From NCBI GenBank assembly GCA_041569895.1, contig JBFFXF010000001.1:1043-65042 (forward strand): 64,000 bases of DNA. Reading direction: 5' to 3'. The stretch is from Planctomycetota bacterium (lineage in GTDB: Bacteria; Planctomycetota; UBA8108; JACQVS01). Made by a program: the position numbers and the translations under genes. The notes beneath the pieces are model-generated. The model had not been told where the DNA came from. It saw only the letters and a list, made by a program, of their open reading frames with translations, and searched no databases. Shown piece by piece: positions 1 to 9,229 of the stretch. Position 1 is the first letter of the stretch; each line of letters opens with the position of its first letter.

Positions 1-95
1 CGCGAACGCCACGACGTCGGGCGCGGCGTCGAACCGACCGGTGAAGACCTCTCCCGCTCGCCGCAGGAGCGCCGCCTTCGGATCGCCGGCGAGCG
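1..95 (-). CDS. 5' end of an unidentified gene continuing off the left edge (GTG start sharing bases with the lysA stop)
   Basis: Minus-strand frame is open from 95 to the window edge (VTLAGDPKAALLRRAGEVFTGRFDAAPDVVAFA). The GTGA overlap with the lysA stop is the same coupling pattern seen repeatedly in this window. Confidence 0.3.
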
Positions 96-1403
96 TCACA
101 GCTCCTCGGCGCACTCCGTGCGCACGATGTCCTCGACGGTCTCGCGACGGGTGATCAGCAGCGCCCTGCCGCCCTCGATCCACACCTGCGGCGGGCGGCC
201 GATCGAGTTGTAGTTCGAGCTCATCGAGTATCCGTACGCGCCGGCGTCGTGGATCAGCAGCAGGTCCCCGGCCTCGGCGCGCGGCAACGACCGCGGATCG
301 AGGAGCTCATCCGATTCGCGGGTGAAGACATCACCCGACTCGCACAGCGGGCCGGCGACGACCTGTGGCTCGAGCTCGGCGTCGCCGCCGGTCTTGCCGA
401 GCACGTCGATGCGGTGGTACGAGCCGTACATCGCGGGCCGCACGAGATCGCAGAAGCCCGCGTCGACCATGACGAATGTGTGGCCCGGCCCGCGCTCGTT
501 GGTGCGCGTCGTCTTTCGCCCGCGAACGCGTGTCACGAGCCCCGCTCCCGGCGCGACGTAGTGCCGGCCGGGCTCCATCTCGACGCGGATCTCGCGCCCG
601 GCCCGCGCGGACAGCTCGGTCCGCGCCTTGCGGAGCTGCTCGACGCACTCCTCGAGATCGATCCGCGGCGCCCCCGGGCGGTAGGGATAGGGAATGCCAC
701 CACCGAAGTTGACCGCCTCGAGGTCGGGGTATTCCCGGACCCGCTCGCAGAAGAAGTCGGCCAGCCGGGCGATGTTCGTCCGGAACTCCGCGATCTCCGG
801 ACCGGTTCCGATGTGGGCGTGCAGCAGCGTCACCTTGAGGCCGCACTCGGCGATCAGCCGTCGCAGCTCCGGCTCGTCCTCGAACCAGACGCCGTGCTTC
901 GACGCCGGTCCGCCGGTGTCGCACTGCTTCACGTGTCCGTGGCCGAAGCCGGGATTCAGCCGGATGCCGACCGGCCCGGCGAAACCCGACGTGGCGAGCT
1001 CCGGGACCATCTGCGGTGTGCCGATGGTGACCAGGATGCGGTTCTCGACAATGACGCGCAGCGCGTCATCGCGAAAGACGTCCGCGGTGAAGAGTATCTC
1101 GGGAGGATCGAAGCCGCCCTCGAACCCGGCGCGCCGCGCGCGCAGCACCTCGTTGCCGGAGACCGTGTCGAGCCAGACGCCGTGCTCGAGGCAGATGTCC
1201 AGCACGGGCCGCGCCGAGCACGCCTTCATGGCGTAACGGGGCTGCAGGTGCGGCGAGTTCATCAGCGAGCGCACATGCTGGACACGGCGGCGGATCTCGT
1301 CACCGTCGTAGAGGTAAAACGGCGTGCCGACGCGTTCGGCGAGGCGCTCGATCGCGGCCCTGTCGACGCCGGGGGTCGCGCGGGTGTCCATGGCGGAATC
1401 CAT
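96..1403 (-). CDS. lysA: diaminopimelate decarboxylase (PLP-dependent Orn/DAP/Arg decarboxylase fold)
   Basis: Motifs FYLYD, YAMKAC, GGGIPYPY, EPGR and CESGD. Start taken at MDSAMDTR (ATG 1401-1403) rather than the longer ORF start. Confidence 0.85.
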   Translation of the reverse strand: MDSAMDTRATPGVDRAAIERLAERVGTPFYLYDGDEIRRRVQHVRSLMNSPHLQPRYAMKACSARPVLDICLEHGVWLDTVSGNEVLRARRAGFEGGFDPPEILFTADVFRDDALRVIVENRILVTIGTPQMVPELATSGFAGPVGIRLNPGFGHGHVKQCDTGGPASKHGVWFEDEPELRRLIAECGLKVTLLHAHIGTGPEIAEFRTNIARLADFFCERVREYPDLEAVNFGGGIPYPYRPGAPRIDLEECVEQLRKARTELSARAGREIRVEMEPGRHYVAPGAGLVTRVRGRKTTRTNERGPGHTFVMVDAGFCDLVRPAMYGSYHRIDVLGKTGGDAELEPQVVAGPLCESGDVFTRESDELLDPRSLPRAEAGDLLLIHDAGAYGYSMSSNYNSIGRPPQVWIEGGRALLITRRETVEDIVRTECAEEL

Positions 1404-1581
1404 CGTCCTCGTTCGATGCTTCTTCGAGGTGCCTGTTCGTGTCTGGTCGCGAAAGAGCTCGGCGGGTCGCGGGATCGACGGCCGGCGGCCGCGAGATATC
1501 GGAACAATCATTTGAACTTGTCATTGTAACCGCGAGACGTGGCGTTGAGAAACGAGGACTTCGCGGTTATTCTCGCGTTCA

Positions 1582-3252
1582 ATGGCGAAAACCGCGAAGA
1601 GTCGACCGAGCGCGCCTCCGGCGCCGCGCCCTCCGCGAGAGCGGGAGGCGGTGCTCGTCGCCAGCGGCGACCTGCGGCTCTCGGCGAACCAGGTCTGCTG
1701 GCCGGCGCAGAAGGAGATGGAGAAGCGCCTCGGCGATGCGGTCGCGCGCGAGGGCTGGCGGATCCGGCGAGGCCACGCCTACGACTCGGGGCAGCGTCAC
1801 GGCTTCATCGACAGCCAGAAGCGCGGCATGGAGGTCTTCCGCGGCATCCATCCCGACGCGCCCCTCATCGTCGCCGAGGCGGTGTGGCAGTACAGCCACC
1901 ACGTCCTCCACGGGCTCGCGACGCACCGCGGACCGATCCTCACCGTCGCCAACTGGAGCGGGCAGTGGCCGGGGCTCGTCGGCATGCTCAACCTCAACGG
2001 GTCGCTGACCAAGGCCGGCGTCGAGTACTCGTCTCTCTGGAGCGAGCGCTTCACCGATCGGTTCTTCCGCGCGGGTCTGCGCCAGTGGCTGCGCACCGGC
2101 CGGATCGCGCATGACACGTCGCACGTGCGCGACCTCGACCACTTCGTGCTCCCCGAGAAGGACGAGGCGCTCGGCAGGCGGCTCGGCGAGGAGCTCAGGC
2201 GCGACAAGGCGATCATGGGCGTCTTCGACGAGGGCTGCATGGGGATGTTCAACGCCATCATCCCCGACCACCTGCTCAACCCCACCGGCGTCTACAAGGA
2301 ACGACTGAGCCAGTCGGCGCTCTGGGCGGCCATGCGCCGCGTCGAGCCGGACGAGGCGCTCGACGTGCGGCGCTGGCTGGAGCGCAAGGGGATGCGGTTC
2401 CACACCGGCAAGGACCCCGGAACGGAGCTCACCGACGACCAGATCCTGGAACAGTGCCGCATGTACCTCGCCGCCGTTCGCATGGCGCACGAATTCGGTT
2501 GCGCGACGATCGGCATCCAGTACCAGCAGGGGCTCAAGGACGTCTGTCCCGCCTCGGACCTCGTCGAGGGCCTCCTCAACAACGTCGATCGCCCGCCGGT
2601 CCGCCACGCCGGCAAGGGCGAGGTCCTCTATCGCGGCAAGGCGCTGCCGCATTTCAACGAGGTCGACGAGTGCGCGGGCCTCGACGCGCTGGTGACCAAT
2701 CGCGTCTGGACGGCGATGCGCCTCGAACCCGAGACGACGCTGCATGACCTGCGATGGGGCGATCACTACTCGGGCGACGGCGTCGACGACTACGTCTGGG
2801 TGTTCCTGATCTCCGGGGCGGCGCCGCCGCAGCACTTCATCGGCGGCTATCGCGGCGCCTCCAGCGAGCGCCAGCCGCCGATGTACTTCCCGCTCGGCGG
2901 CGGCACGCTGAAGGGGATCTCGAAGCCGGGGGAGATCGTCTGGAGTCGCGTGTTCGTCATGGACGGTCGCCTCCACTGCGACATCGGCCGGGCGCGCGTC
3001 GTCAAGCTTCCGGAAGGGGAGACGCAACGCCGCTGGCGGCTGACGACGCCCCAGTGGCCGATCATGCACGCGGTGCTCCACGGCGTCTCGCGAGATCAGA
3101 TGATGGCCCGCCACCGGTCGAATCACATCCAGGTCGCCTACGCGCCGAGCGCGGAGCGCGCAGACGCAGCGCTGGCGGCGAAGGCGGCGATGCTGCGCGA
3201 GATCGGCGTCGAGGTGCACGTCTGCGGCAACCGGAACGGACTCGTCGAGTGA
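1582..3252 (+). CDS. sugar isomerase-like protein (L-fucose/L-arabinose isomerase superfamily, tentative)
   Basis: 556-aa ORF with good codon periodicity. Family assignment by loose resemblance only. Its TGA shares a base with the next ATG (3252). Confidence 0.5.
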   Translation: MAKTAKSRPSAPPAPRPPREREAVLVASGDLRLSANQVCWPAQKEMEKRLGDAVAREGWRIRRGHAYDSGQRHGFIDSQKRGMEVFRGIHPDAPLIVAEAVWQYSHHVLHGLATHRGPILTVANWSGQWPGLVGMLNLNGSLTKAGVEYSSLWSERFTDRFFRAGLRQWLRTGRIAHDTSHVRDLDHFVLPEKDEALGRRLGEELRRDKAIMGVFDEGCMGMFNAIIPDHLLNPTGVYKERLSQSALWAAMRRVEPDEALDVRRWLERKGMRFHTGKDPGTELTDDQILEQCRMYLAAVRMAHEFGCATIGIQYQQGLKDVCPASDLVEGLLNNVDRPPVRHAGKGEVLYRGKALPHFNEVDECAGLDALVTNRVWTAMRLEPETTLHDLRWGDHYSGDGVDDYVWVFLISGAAPPQHFIGGYRGASSERQPPMYFPLGGGTLKGISKPGEIVWSRVFVMDGRLHCDIGRARVVKLPEGETQRRWRLTTPQWPIMHAVLHGVSRDQMMARHRSNHIQVAYAPSAERADAALAAKAAMLREIGVEVHVCGNRNGLVE

Positions 3253-4121
3253 TGCCCATGAGATCTTTCCCCTCTGTCGAGTGCTCTGTTTTCGTCATTG
3301 CCGCGCTTGCCGGGTGCGTCACGACGCCCTCGTCGGTTCACGTCGAGCGCGAGGTGATCGGCCGGTCGCTCGAGGGTCGCCCGATCGAGGCCTACATCGT
3401 CCACGGCCCTGGAGCCGATGAGGCGCTCTTCGACGCCGGCAGCGGCGTCGAGACGCTGCTCATCTTCGGGGGCATCCACGGCAACGAGACGCTCACCGTG
3501 CCTCTCGTCCAGCGCCTGCTCGACATCGCGCTCGTCGATCAATGGCTCGCGAGCGGCAAGCGGCTCGTCATCGTGCCCGCCGCGAACCCCGACGGGCTGG
3601 CCCGCGGCGTGCGGCACAACTCGCGTGGCGTCGACCTCAACCGCAACTTTCCGGCGTCGAACTGGAAGCGGCGCGGACGGCGGCACGGCGTGTTGCCCGC
3701 GAGCGAGCCGGAGACACGCGCGCTGATGGGTCTCGTCGAACGGTACCGTCCCGCCCGCGTCCTCTCCGTGCACGCCCCGCTCCACTGCGTCAACTACGAC
3801 GGTCCCGCGCACGGCGTCGCCCGGGCGATGGCGACGGCATCGGGTTACGAGCTCAGGAGCAGCATCGGATATCAGACGCCGGGCTCGTTCGGCAACTGGG
3901 CCGGCGTCGATCGGCGCATACCGGTGGTGACGCTCGAGCTGCGCCGCGATCTGAGGCGCGGCGAGGTCTGGGACGAGCTCGGCAATGCGGTGCTGACCTT
4001 CGTGCGCTATCCCGCCGGGGAGCTGTTCGCGCAGGGCGATCAGCTCTCGGAGAGTCCGAGCCGCTCGAACCGCCACTCCTCGACCGGCACGCGCTCGTCG
4101 AGCGCCAGCTCGCAGGAATAG
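3252..4121 (+). CDS. M14-type zinc carboxypeptidase / gamma-D-Glu-meso-DAP amidase-like protein (MpaA / succinylglutamate desuccinylase-aspartoacylase family), secreted
   Basis: N-terminal lipoprotein-like signal (AALAGC), HGNE zinc-ligand motif (GGIHGNETL), NPDG and RNFP motifs. ATG at 3252-3254. Confidence 0.7.
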   Translation: MPMRSFPSVECSVFVIAALAGCVTTPSSVHVEREVIGRSLEGRPIEAYIVHGPGADEALFDAGSGVETLLIFGGIHGNETLTVPLVQRLLDIALVDQWLASGKRLVIVPAANPDGLARGVRHNSRGVDLNRNFPASNWKRRGRRHGVLPASEPETRALMGLVERYRPARVLSVHAPLHCVNYDGPAHGVARAMATASGYELRSSIGYQTPGSFGNWAGVDRRIPVVTLELRRDLRRGEVWDELGNAVLTFVRYPAGELFAQGDQLSESPSRSNRHSSTGTRSSSASSQE

Positions 4122-5479
4122 CCGTAGCCCGGCGCGTGCAGCGAGCCGCACTCGATGCGTCCATCCTCGATGCGGACGTGCGGCAGGCCGTCGCGCACGG
4201 TGTAGATGTCAGGATGGGTCCGCGCCGCCGAGTCGCGTTCCCGGACGGGCAGGTGGGCGAGACCGCGGAAGTAGTGGTGGCCGTTCCTCTCGGCATGGGT
4301 GACGCCGACGACGGCGAGCGTCGTCAGGTCCTGCTGCAGCGGCACCACCGCCAGATTGGCGAGGTCCTCGCCGGTCTGGAAGTACCTGCGCTCGCCGCAC
4401 TGCTCGTTCAGCCGGTGGGCGTGCCTGCAAAAGCTCAGCGCCTTGAACACGCCCTTGCAGTTCTTGACGGAGCAGCCACGGTAGCCGAGCTCGGTCGCGC
4501 GGGGGAACGCGTTGAGGTCGTCGTCCGATTCGTCGATGATCACCGGGCGCAGTCGCCCGAGCCGCTCGACCGCCGGCCGCACGTCGTCCTCGAGCGCGAG
4601 CTCGCGCGCCAGCGGCTGCTCGATGAACACGATGCTCTCGACGAACCGCGCGCCCGCCTCGGTGCGGCGGAGCCCCTCGATGAGCTCCTCGAGCACGCCG
4701 AGATCGCGGTACTGCTCGTTGCCGTCGAGGGAGATCCACACGCGGTCGGGACAGACGCTGGCCAGCAACTCGGCGATGCGTCCGAGACGCTCGAGGTCGT
4801 GCGCGGAGTCGCCGCTCACCTTGACCTTGAAGTAACGCAGCCCGTACGCGCGCACCGCCGCCTCGAGCGACTGCGGCAGCCCGTCGTCGAGGCGTTCCTC
4901 GTCGGGGATATCGTCGTCACGGATGAAGTCGCCGAGTCCGACGGTGTGACGCGCGGCGATCGACGCGCGCGGGGTGGCGGGCAGCTCGGGACCGCTCTGA
5001 TAGCCGAGCAGCCCCTCGTGGAGCGCCTCGAAGAACGACACGCCGGCGAGCCGGCACGTCGCGTCGATCAACGATCTCTCGACCAGCGAGCTGCCGAACG
5101 ACGCGGTCAGCTTGTTGAGGCCGAGCTCGCCGCACGCCTCGAGAACGCCGGGATAGGCCGCTCTCCAGAGAGAGTACGACGCCGTCGCCGTCCTGCCGCA
5201 CTCGACGTAGACGCGCCGCGCCGCGTTGATCGCCGCGAGCTGATCGTCGACGTTTCGGCGGAAGTCGCGCCCGGGGTCCTTGTCGAACCACCGCGGCGGC
5301 AGGCAGTCGGCCCCGACGCCGCGGGCGACCCGTCCGCCGCGCGCCTCGACGGTCGTCGCGATGTGCACCAGCGGCACGGCCGTCAGACACGCGTTCCCGT
5401 AACGGAAAGGCATCCGCGTCCACGCCTCGCCGATGCGGACGTCGATCTCGCAGATACGTGATACGATGGCGGTATCCAT
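4040..5479 (-). CDS. enolase-superfamily enzyme (mandelate racemase / muconate lactonizing enzyme-like)
   Basis: KVK catalytic motif (FKVKVSG) and metal ligands LDGNE...EQP...IDESD. Start placed at MDTAIVSRICEID (5477-5479); MMVT at 5521 is an alternative. Confidence 0.7.
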   Translation of the reverse strand: MDTAIVSRICEIDVRIGEAWTRMPFRYGNACLTAVPLVHIATTVEARGGRVARGVGADCLPPRWFDKDPGRDFRRNVDDQLAAINAARRVYVECGRTATASYSLWRAAYPGVLEACGELGLNKLTASFGSSLVERSLIDATCRLAGVSFFEALHEGLLGYQSGPELPATPRASIAARHTVGLGDFIRDDDIPDEERLDDGLPQSLEAAVRAYGLRYFKVKVSGDSAHDLERLGRIAELLASVCPDRVWISLDGNEQYRDLGVLEELIEGLRRTEAGARFVESIVFIEQPLARELALEDDVRPAVERLGRLRPVIIDESDDDLNAFPRATELGYRGCSVKNCKGVFKALSFCRHAHRLNEQCGERRYFQTGEDLANLAVVPLQQDLTTLAVVGVTHAERNGHHYFRGLAHLPVRERDSAARTHPDIYTVRDGLPHVRIEDGRIECGSLHAPGYGYSCELALDERVPVEEWRFERLGLSES

Positions 5480-5565
5480 GACGCCGAGAATAATTGACAC
5501 GTCCCCGAGAGTCACCATCATCGTGGCTGCAGAGGAGTGGACTCGTTCCAAAACAAGACGCCGAC

Positions 5566-6570
5566 ATGGCCCGACTCGCAAAGACTTTCCGAATCGCTCG
5601 CTTCGGCGGGCCTGAAGTGCTCGAGCAGACGACCGTCGAGCTTCCGGAGCCGGGTCCCGGCGAGGTCGCCGTCGACGTCGAGTGGATCGGCCTCAACCGC
5701 GCCGAGATCCTCTGGCGCGAGGGGCGCTACCTCGTCCGTCCCGAGCTCCCGGCGCCGATCGGACTGGAGTGCGCCGGAGTGGTCCTCGACACCGGCGATC
5801 CGTCCGTACGCTTCGCTCCGGGCGACCGCGTCGGCGTCGTGCCGGGCACGTTCGATCCCCGCAAGTACGGGACGTATGCCGACACCATCGTCGTCCCGGC
5901 GCGGTCGCTGTTGCCGACGCCGGGCGAGCTCGACGGACCCGCGACGGCGGCCGTGTGGATGGCGTACCTGACGGCGTGGGGAGGGCTCCTCGACGTCGGT
6001 CAGCTCGAGGAGGGCTGGCACGTCGTCATCCCGGCGGCCTCGAGCTCGGTCGGAACCGCGGCGATCCAGCTCTGCCTGCACGAGGAGGCGGTGCCGATCG
6101 CCGTCACCACGAGACCCGAAAAGGCGGCCGCGCTCCGGGAGCTCGGCGTCGAGCACGTGATCGTGTCGTCGTCGGACGACGTCGTCGAGCGCGTCCTCGA
6201 GATCACCGACGGGGCCGGGGCGCGCCTCTTCTTCGATCCGGTCGGCGGCGCGTTGCTCGGCCAGGAGATTCGCTGCGCGGCGCCAGGGGCGAGAATCGTC
6301 GTCTACGGCATGCTCGATCAGACGCCGGCGACGATCGACACCGCGGGCCTGATCGCCCGCGGGGCGCGAATCGAGGGATACTTGCTTCCGAGGACCACCG
6401 GGGATCCGCAGGTCTTCGACGTCGCCGTCGGACAGATCGTCGACGCGATCTCCAACGGCGAGGTGGAGCCCGTCGTCGACCGCGTCTTCCGGTTCGGCGA
6501 GATCGCGGAAGCACATCGCTACATGGAAGCAGGGAGTCAGGTCGGGAAAGTGGTCGTCGGGGTGCACTGA
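5566..6570 (+). CDS. MDR-family NAD(P)H:quinone oxidoreductase / zinc-type alcohol dehydrogenase-like protein
   Basis: PGPGEVAVDVEWIGLN and AASSSVGTAAIQL Rossmann motifs. ATG at 5566. Divergent from the enolase gene across an AT-richer spacer. Confidence 0.8.
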   Translation: MARLAKTFRIARFGGPEVLEQTTVELPEPGPGEVAVDVEWIGLNRAEILWREGRYLVRPELPAPIGLECAGVVLDTGDPSVRFAPGDRVGVVPGTFDPRKYGTYADTIVVPARSLLPTPGELDGPATAAVWMAYLTAWGGLLDVGQLEEGWHVVIPAASSSVGTAAIQLCLHEEAVPIAVTTRPEKAAALRELGVEHVIVSSSDDVVERVLEITDGAGARLFFDPVGGALLGQEIRCAAPGARIVVYGMLDQTPATIDTAGLIARGARIEGYLLPRTTGDPQVFDVAVGQIVDAISNGEVEPVVDRVFRFGEIAEAHRYMEAGSQVGKVVVGVH

Positions 6571-6602
6571 GCCCCGTCGTCCGCGGCCCGGCCACCGGAA
6601 CC

Positions 6603-8633
6603 GTGTTCTGCCAGCGCTGCGGACTCCACTTCTCAGGCGTACGGACCGGCGGGCACTGCCCGAGCTGCGGTGGTGTCACGGGGGCGACCGCGGCGCCGGG
6701 CGAGCAGGAGGGCAGCGTCGCCGTCATCCACGACGATGGCGTGAAGGACGATGGCGTGAAGGACGATGGCGTGAAGGACGCTGGCGTGAAGGACGCTGGC
6801 GTGAAGGACGCTGGCGTGAACGACGCTGGCGTGATCGACGAGACGAAGACCGAGTCGCGAGACGCCGGCTGGCGACGCGGCGACGTCGTCGCGGGCAAGT
6901 ACGAGATCATTCGCAAGATCGGCTCGGGCGGTTTCGGCACGGTCTACAAGGTGCGTCACATCCAGCGCAAGAAGCTCTACGCGCTGAAGACGCCGCATCC
7001 CGACTACGTCCGCGACGAGGCCTTCCGGAAGCGATTCGAGCGCGAGATCGAGGCGATGGAGCGCTTCGTGCACCAGGACATGGTGGTGGTGCGCGATTCG
7101 GGCATCACCGGCGCCGGCGTCCCGTACTACACCATGGACTTCATCGAGGGCGAGAGCCTGCGCGAGGTGATGGACCGCGAGGGGCAGCTCGAGCTGAGGC
7201 GCGCGTTGAACATCACACGGCACGTCCTCGAGGTGCTCGATGCCGCGCACCGCCATCGCATCATCCACCGCGACATCAAGCCGGACAACGTGCTGCTCAC
7301 TCGGCGCGCGGGGAGGGAAGTCGTCAAGGTCCTCGATTTCGGCGTCGCGAAGCTGCTCGACCTCGTCGGCACCGCGACCATCACGGGGGGCATGCGGGTC
7401 GGCACGCCGAGATACATGTCGCCCGAGCAGGTCGCCGGCGAGGAAGTCGACGGGCGCAGCGACGTCTTCGCCGTCGGCATCGTGCTCTACGAGGCGCTCA
7501 CGGGCAGGCATCCGTTCGCCGTCGACCGCGATCCGATCCGCACGACGGCCGCGATCGTCAGCAAGAAGCCGGAGGCGCCCGAGGTCTACCGGACGGACCT
7601 GCCGCGCGGGCTCTCCGACCTCATCATGCGCATGCTCGAGAAGAAGCCGAGACGGCGTCCCCAGACGGTGGCGGAGGTCATCGAGTCGATCCCCCGGGTC
7701 GACAGCAGCGCCTCGCGCTCGGTAGCGCGGGCCGAGAGCCTCCGCTTCGTCGAGAGCGCGCCGCGGCGCAGCGTGTCGTCGCTCGTCCTCTCGCAGGAGA
7801 CGTCCGTCGGGATTCGGCGTGCGTTCCTCTTCTTCAAGCCGTCAGTGACGCTCGGCCGTTCGAACGACCGCTCGCGCGGAATCGACAACGACATCATCCT
7901 GAGACGCCTGCCGTGCCGGTCATCGCGCCGTGACGCCGAGAACTGGAAGCGCAACCTCACCATCAGCCACCGCGTCGCGTCGATCCGCGTCGACCGCTCG
8001 GCCGCCGTCATCGAGCCCTGGCCGGACTCGATGTCGGGAATCGTCGTCAGCGGGCTCCGGAGCCGCGAGCCGGTGCGCATCCAGTCGGACCGGTTTCACG
8101 TCGCGGTCGGCGAGCGCGCGATCGAGCTCGACGGGTACCGCGTGCTTCGCGACTCCTCCCGGAAGCCGGTCGACCTGTCGTTCATACCGCCGCGTGACAC
8201 CGGCGATGAAGCGGACTCGCCGTCGATCGGCTACTCGAATCCGTCGTGCGAGATCAACTGCGTTCGCCTGACGCGCAGCGAGAATCACCCGCTGCATTCG
8301 TACTTCATCGTGGCGCGACGGCTCGCCATCGGCTCCGGCGCGGGCGCCGAGCTGCGTATCGAGGGCGAGGGTGTCGAGGGGCACCACGCATCGCTCATAT
8401 TCGATCGAGGGGAGCTGTTCCTGATCGCGGTGGGCACCGTGCGCGTCGGTCGCGCCGGCGACGGCGTGCGCGAGGCGTCGCGGTCGCGGGCCGGCGCGAG
8501 CCCGACGGTCGACACCGAGACGATCCTCGCGCCGGGAGACGTCTACCCGGTGACGCCCGGCGTGTCCCTCGCGTTCGGCTCCGCGCGCCTGGTGGCCGAG
8601 GACATTGACGAGTGGATGTTCAAGCGAGCATGA
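6603..8633 (+). CDS. Ser/Thr protein kinase with N-terminal C4 zinc ribbon, DxGVK pentapeptide repeats and two C-terminal FHA domains
   Basis: Hanks kinase motifs [23 protein letters not shown] and SPE. CQRCG...CPSCGG zinc ribbon at the N-terminus. Two FHA-like segments in the last 300 aa. Start assigned to GTG 6603, the first start after the upstream stop. Confidence 0.8.
   Translation: MFCQRCGLHFSGVRTGGHCPSCGGVTGATAAPGEQEGSVAVIHDDGVKDDGVKDDGVKDAGVKDAGVKDAGVNDAGVIDETKTESRDAGWRRGDVVAGKYEIIRKIGSGGFGTVYKVRHIQRKKLYALKTPHPDYVRDEAFRKRFEREIEAMERFVHQDMVVVRDSGITGAGVPYYTMDFIEGESLREVMDREGQLELRRALNITRHVLEVLDAAHRHRIIHRDIKPDNVLLTRRAGREVVKVLDFGVAKLLDLVGTATITGGMRVGTPRYMSPEQVAGEEVDGRSDVFAVGIVLYEALTGRHPFAVDRDPIRTTAAIVSKKPEAPEVYRTDLPRGLSDLIMRMLEKKPRRRPQTVAEVIESIPRVDSSASRSVARAESLRFVESAPRRSVSSLVLSQETSVGIRRAFLFFKPSVTLGRSNDRSRGIDNDIILRRLPCRSSRRDAENWKRNLTISHRVASIRVDRSAAVIEPWPDSMSGIVVSGLRSREPVRIQSDRFHVAVGERAIELDGYRVLRDSSRKPVDLSFIPPRDTGDEADSPSIGYSNPSCEINCVRLTRSENHPLHSYFIVARRLAIGSGAGAELRIEGEGVEGHHASLIFDRGELFLIAVGTVRVGRAGDGVREASRSRAGASPTVDTETILAPGDVYPVTPGVSLAFGSARLVAEDIDEWMFKRA
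6729..6840 (+). repeat. 15-bp tandem coding repeat (DxGVK x7) inside the kinase gene
   Basis: Direct reading: gacgatggcgtgaag units repeated 7 times with D->A drift. Confidence 0.8.
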
Positions 8634-9229
8634 CCGACGACGAACCACACGACGTGACGCGCATCCTCGGCGAGATCGCCGCCGGCGACTCCTCGGCCGT
8701 CGGGCGCCTCCTTCCCGTGGTCTACGATCGACTTCGCGCGCTCGCCGGGAGCTACTTCCGCGGACAGCCGGCGGCGCACACGCTCCAGCCGACCGCGCTC
8801 GTCCACGAGGCCTATCTGAAGATGGTCAACCAGCGCGACGCCCAGTTTCGCGATCGCGCGCACTTCCTCGCCGTGTGCGCCGTCGCCATGCGCCAGATTC
8901 TCGTCGATCACGCGCGGGAGCGCGCCGCGGCGAGGCGCGGGGGCGGCTGGCGCCGCATCACGCTGTCGGGCGTCGACACGCCGTCGGGCAACACGCGCCA
9001 GATCGACGTCCTCGCCCTCGACGAGGCGCTCAACGACCTCGCGGAGCTCGACGAGCGTCAGGCGCTCGTCGTCGAGTACCGTTTCTTCGGCGGCATGAGC
9101 GTCGCCGAGGTCGCGGCGCGCATCGGCGTCTCGGAGAGGACCGTCGCGGACGACTGGCGCATGGCGAGGGCGTGGCTCCACGCCAGACTCGACGAGGGCC
9201 CGTCTCACGGCGGAAACGGTGACGTCTGA
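8630..9229 (+). CDS. ECF-type RNA polymerase sigma factor (STK-associated ECF subgroup, no cognate anti-sigma nearby)
   Basis: HDVTRILGEIAAGD and ALVHEAYLKM region 2, C-terminal region 4 with SERTVADDWRMARAWL. ATG overlaps the kinase TGA (ATGA) and its TGA overlaps the next ATG. Confidence 0.85.
   Translation: MTDDEPHDVTRILGEIAAGDSSAVGRLLPVVYDRLRALAGSYFRGQPAAHTLQPTALVHEAYLKMVNQRDAQFRDRAHFLAVCAVAMRQILVDHARERAAARRGGGWRRITLSGVDTPSGNTRQIDVLALDEALNDLAELDERQALVVEYRFFGGMSVAEVAARIGVSERTVADDWRMARAWLHARLDEGPSHGGNGDV

Noticed and set aside
1579-3219. 546-aa minus-strand ORF fully antisense to the isomerase-like gene
   Set aside because: Typical long antisense frame of a high-GC genome. Arg/Ala/Pro-rich composition, no motifs. 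The sense ORF has the better codon pattern and coupling to the next gene.
5682-6602. 5' 300 codons of the 983-aa ORF that would extend the Ser/Thr kinase across the oxidoreductase gene
   Set aside because: Overlaps the well-supported MDR oxidoreductase gene in another frame. Arg/Pro-rich junk composition. The kinase most plausibly starts at GTG 6603 just after the oxidoreductase stop.
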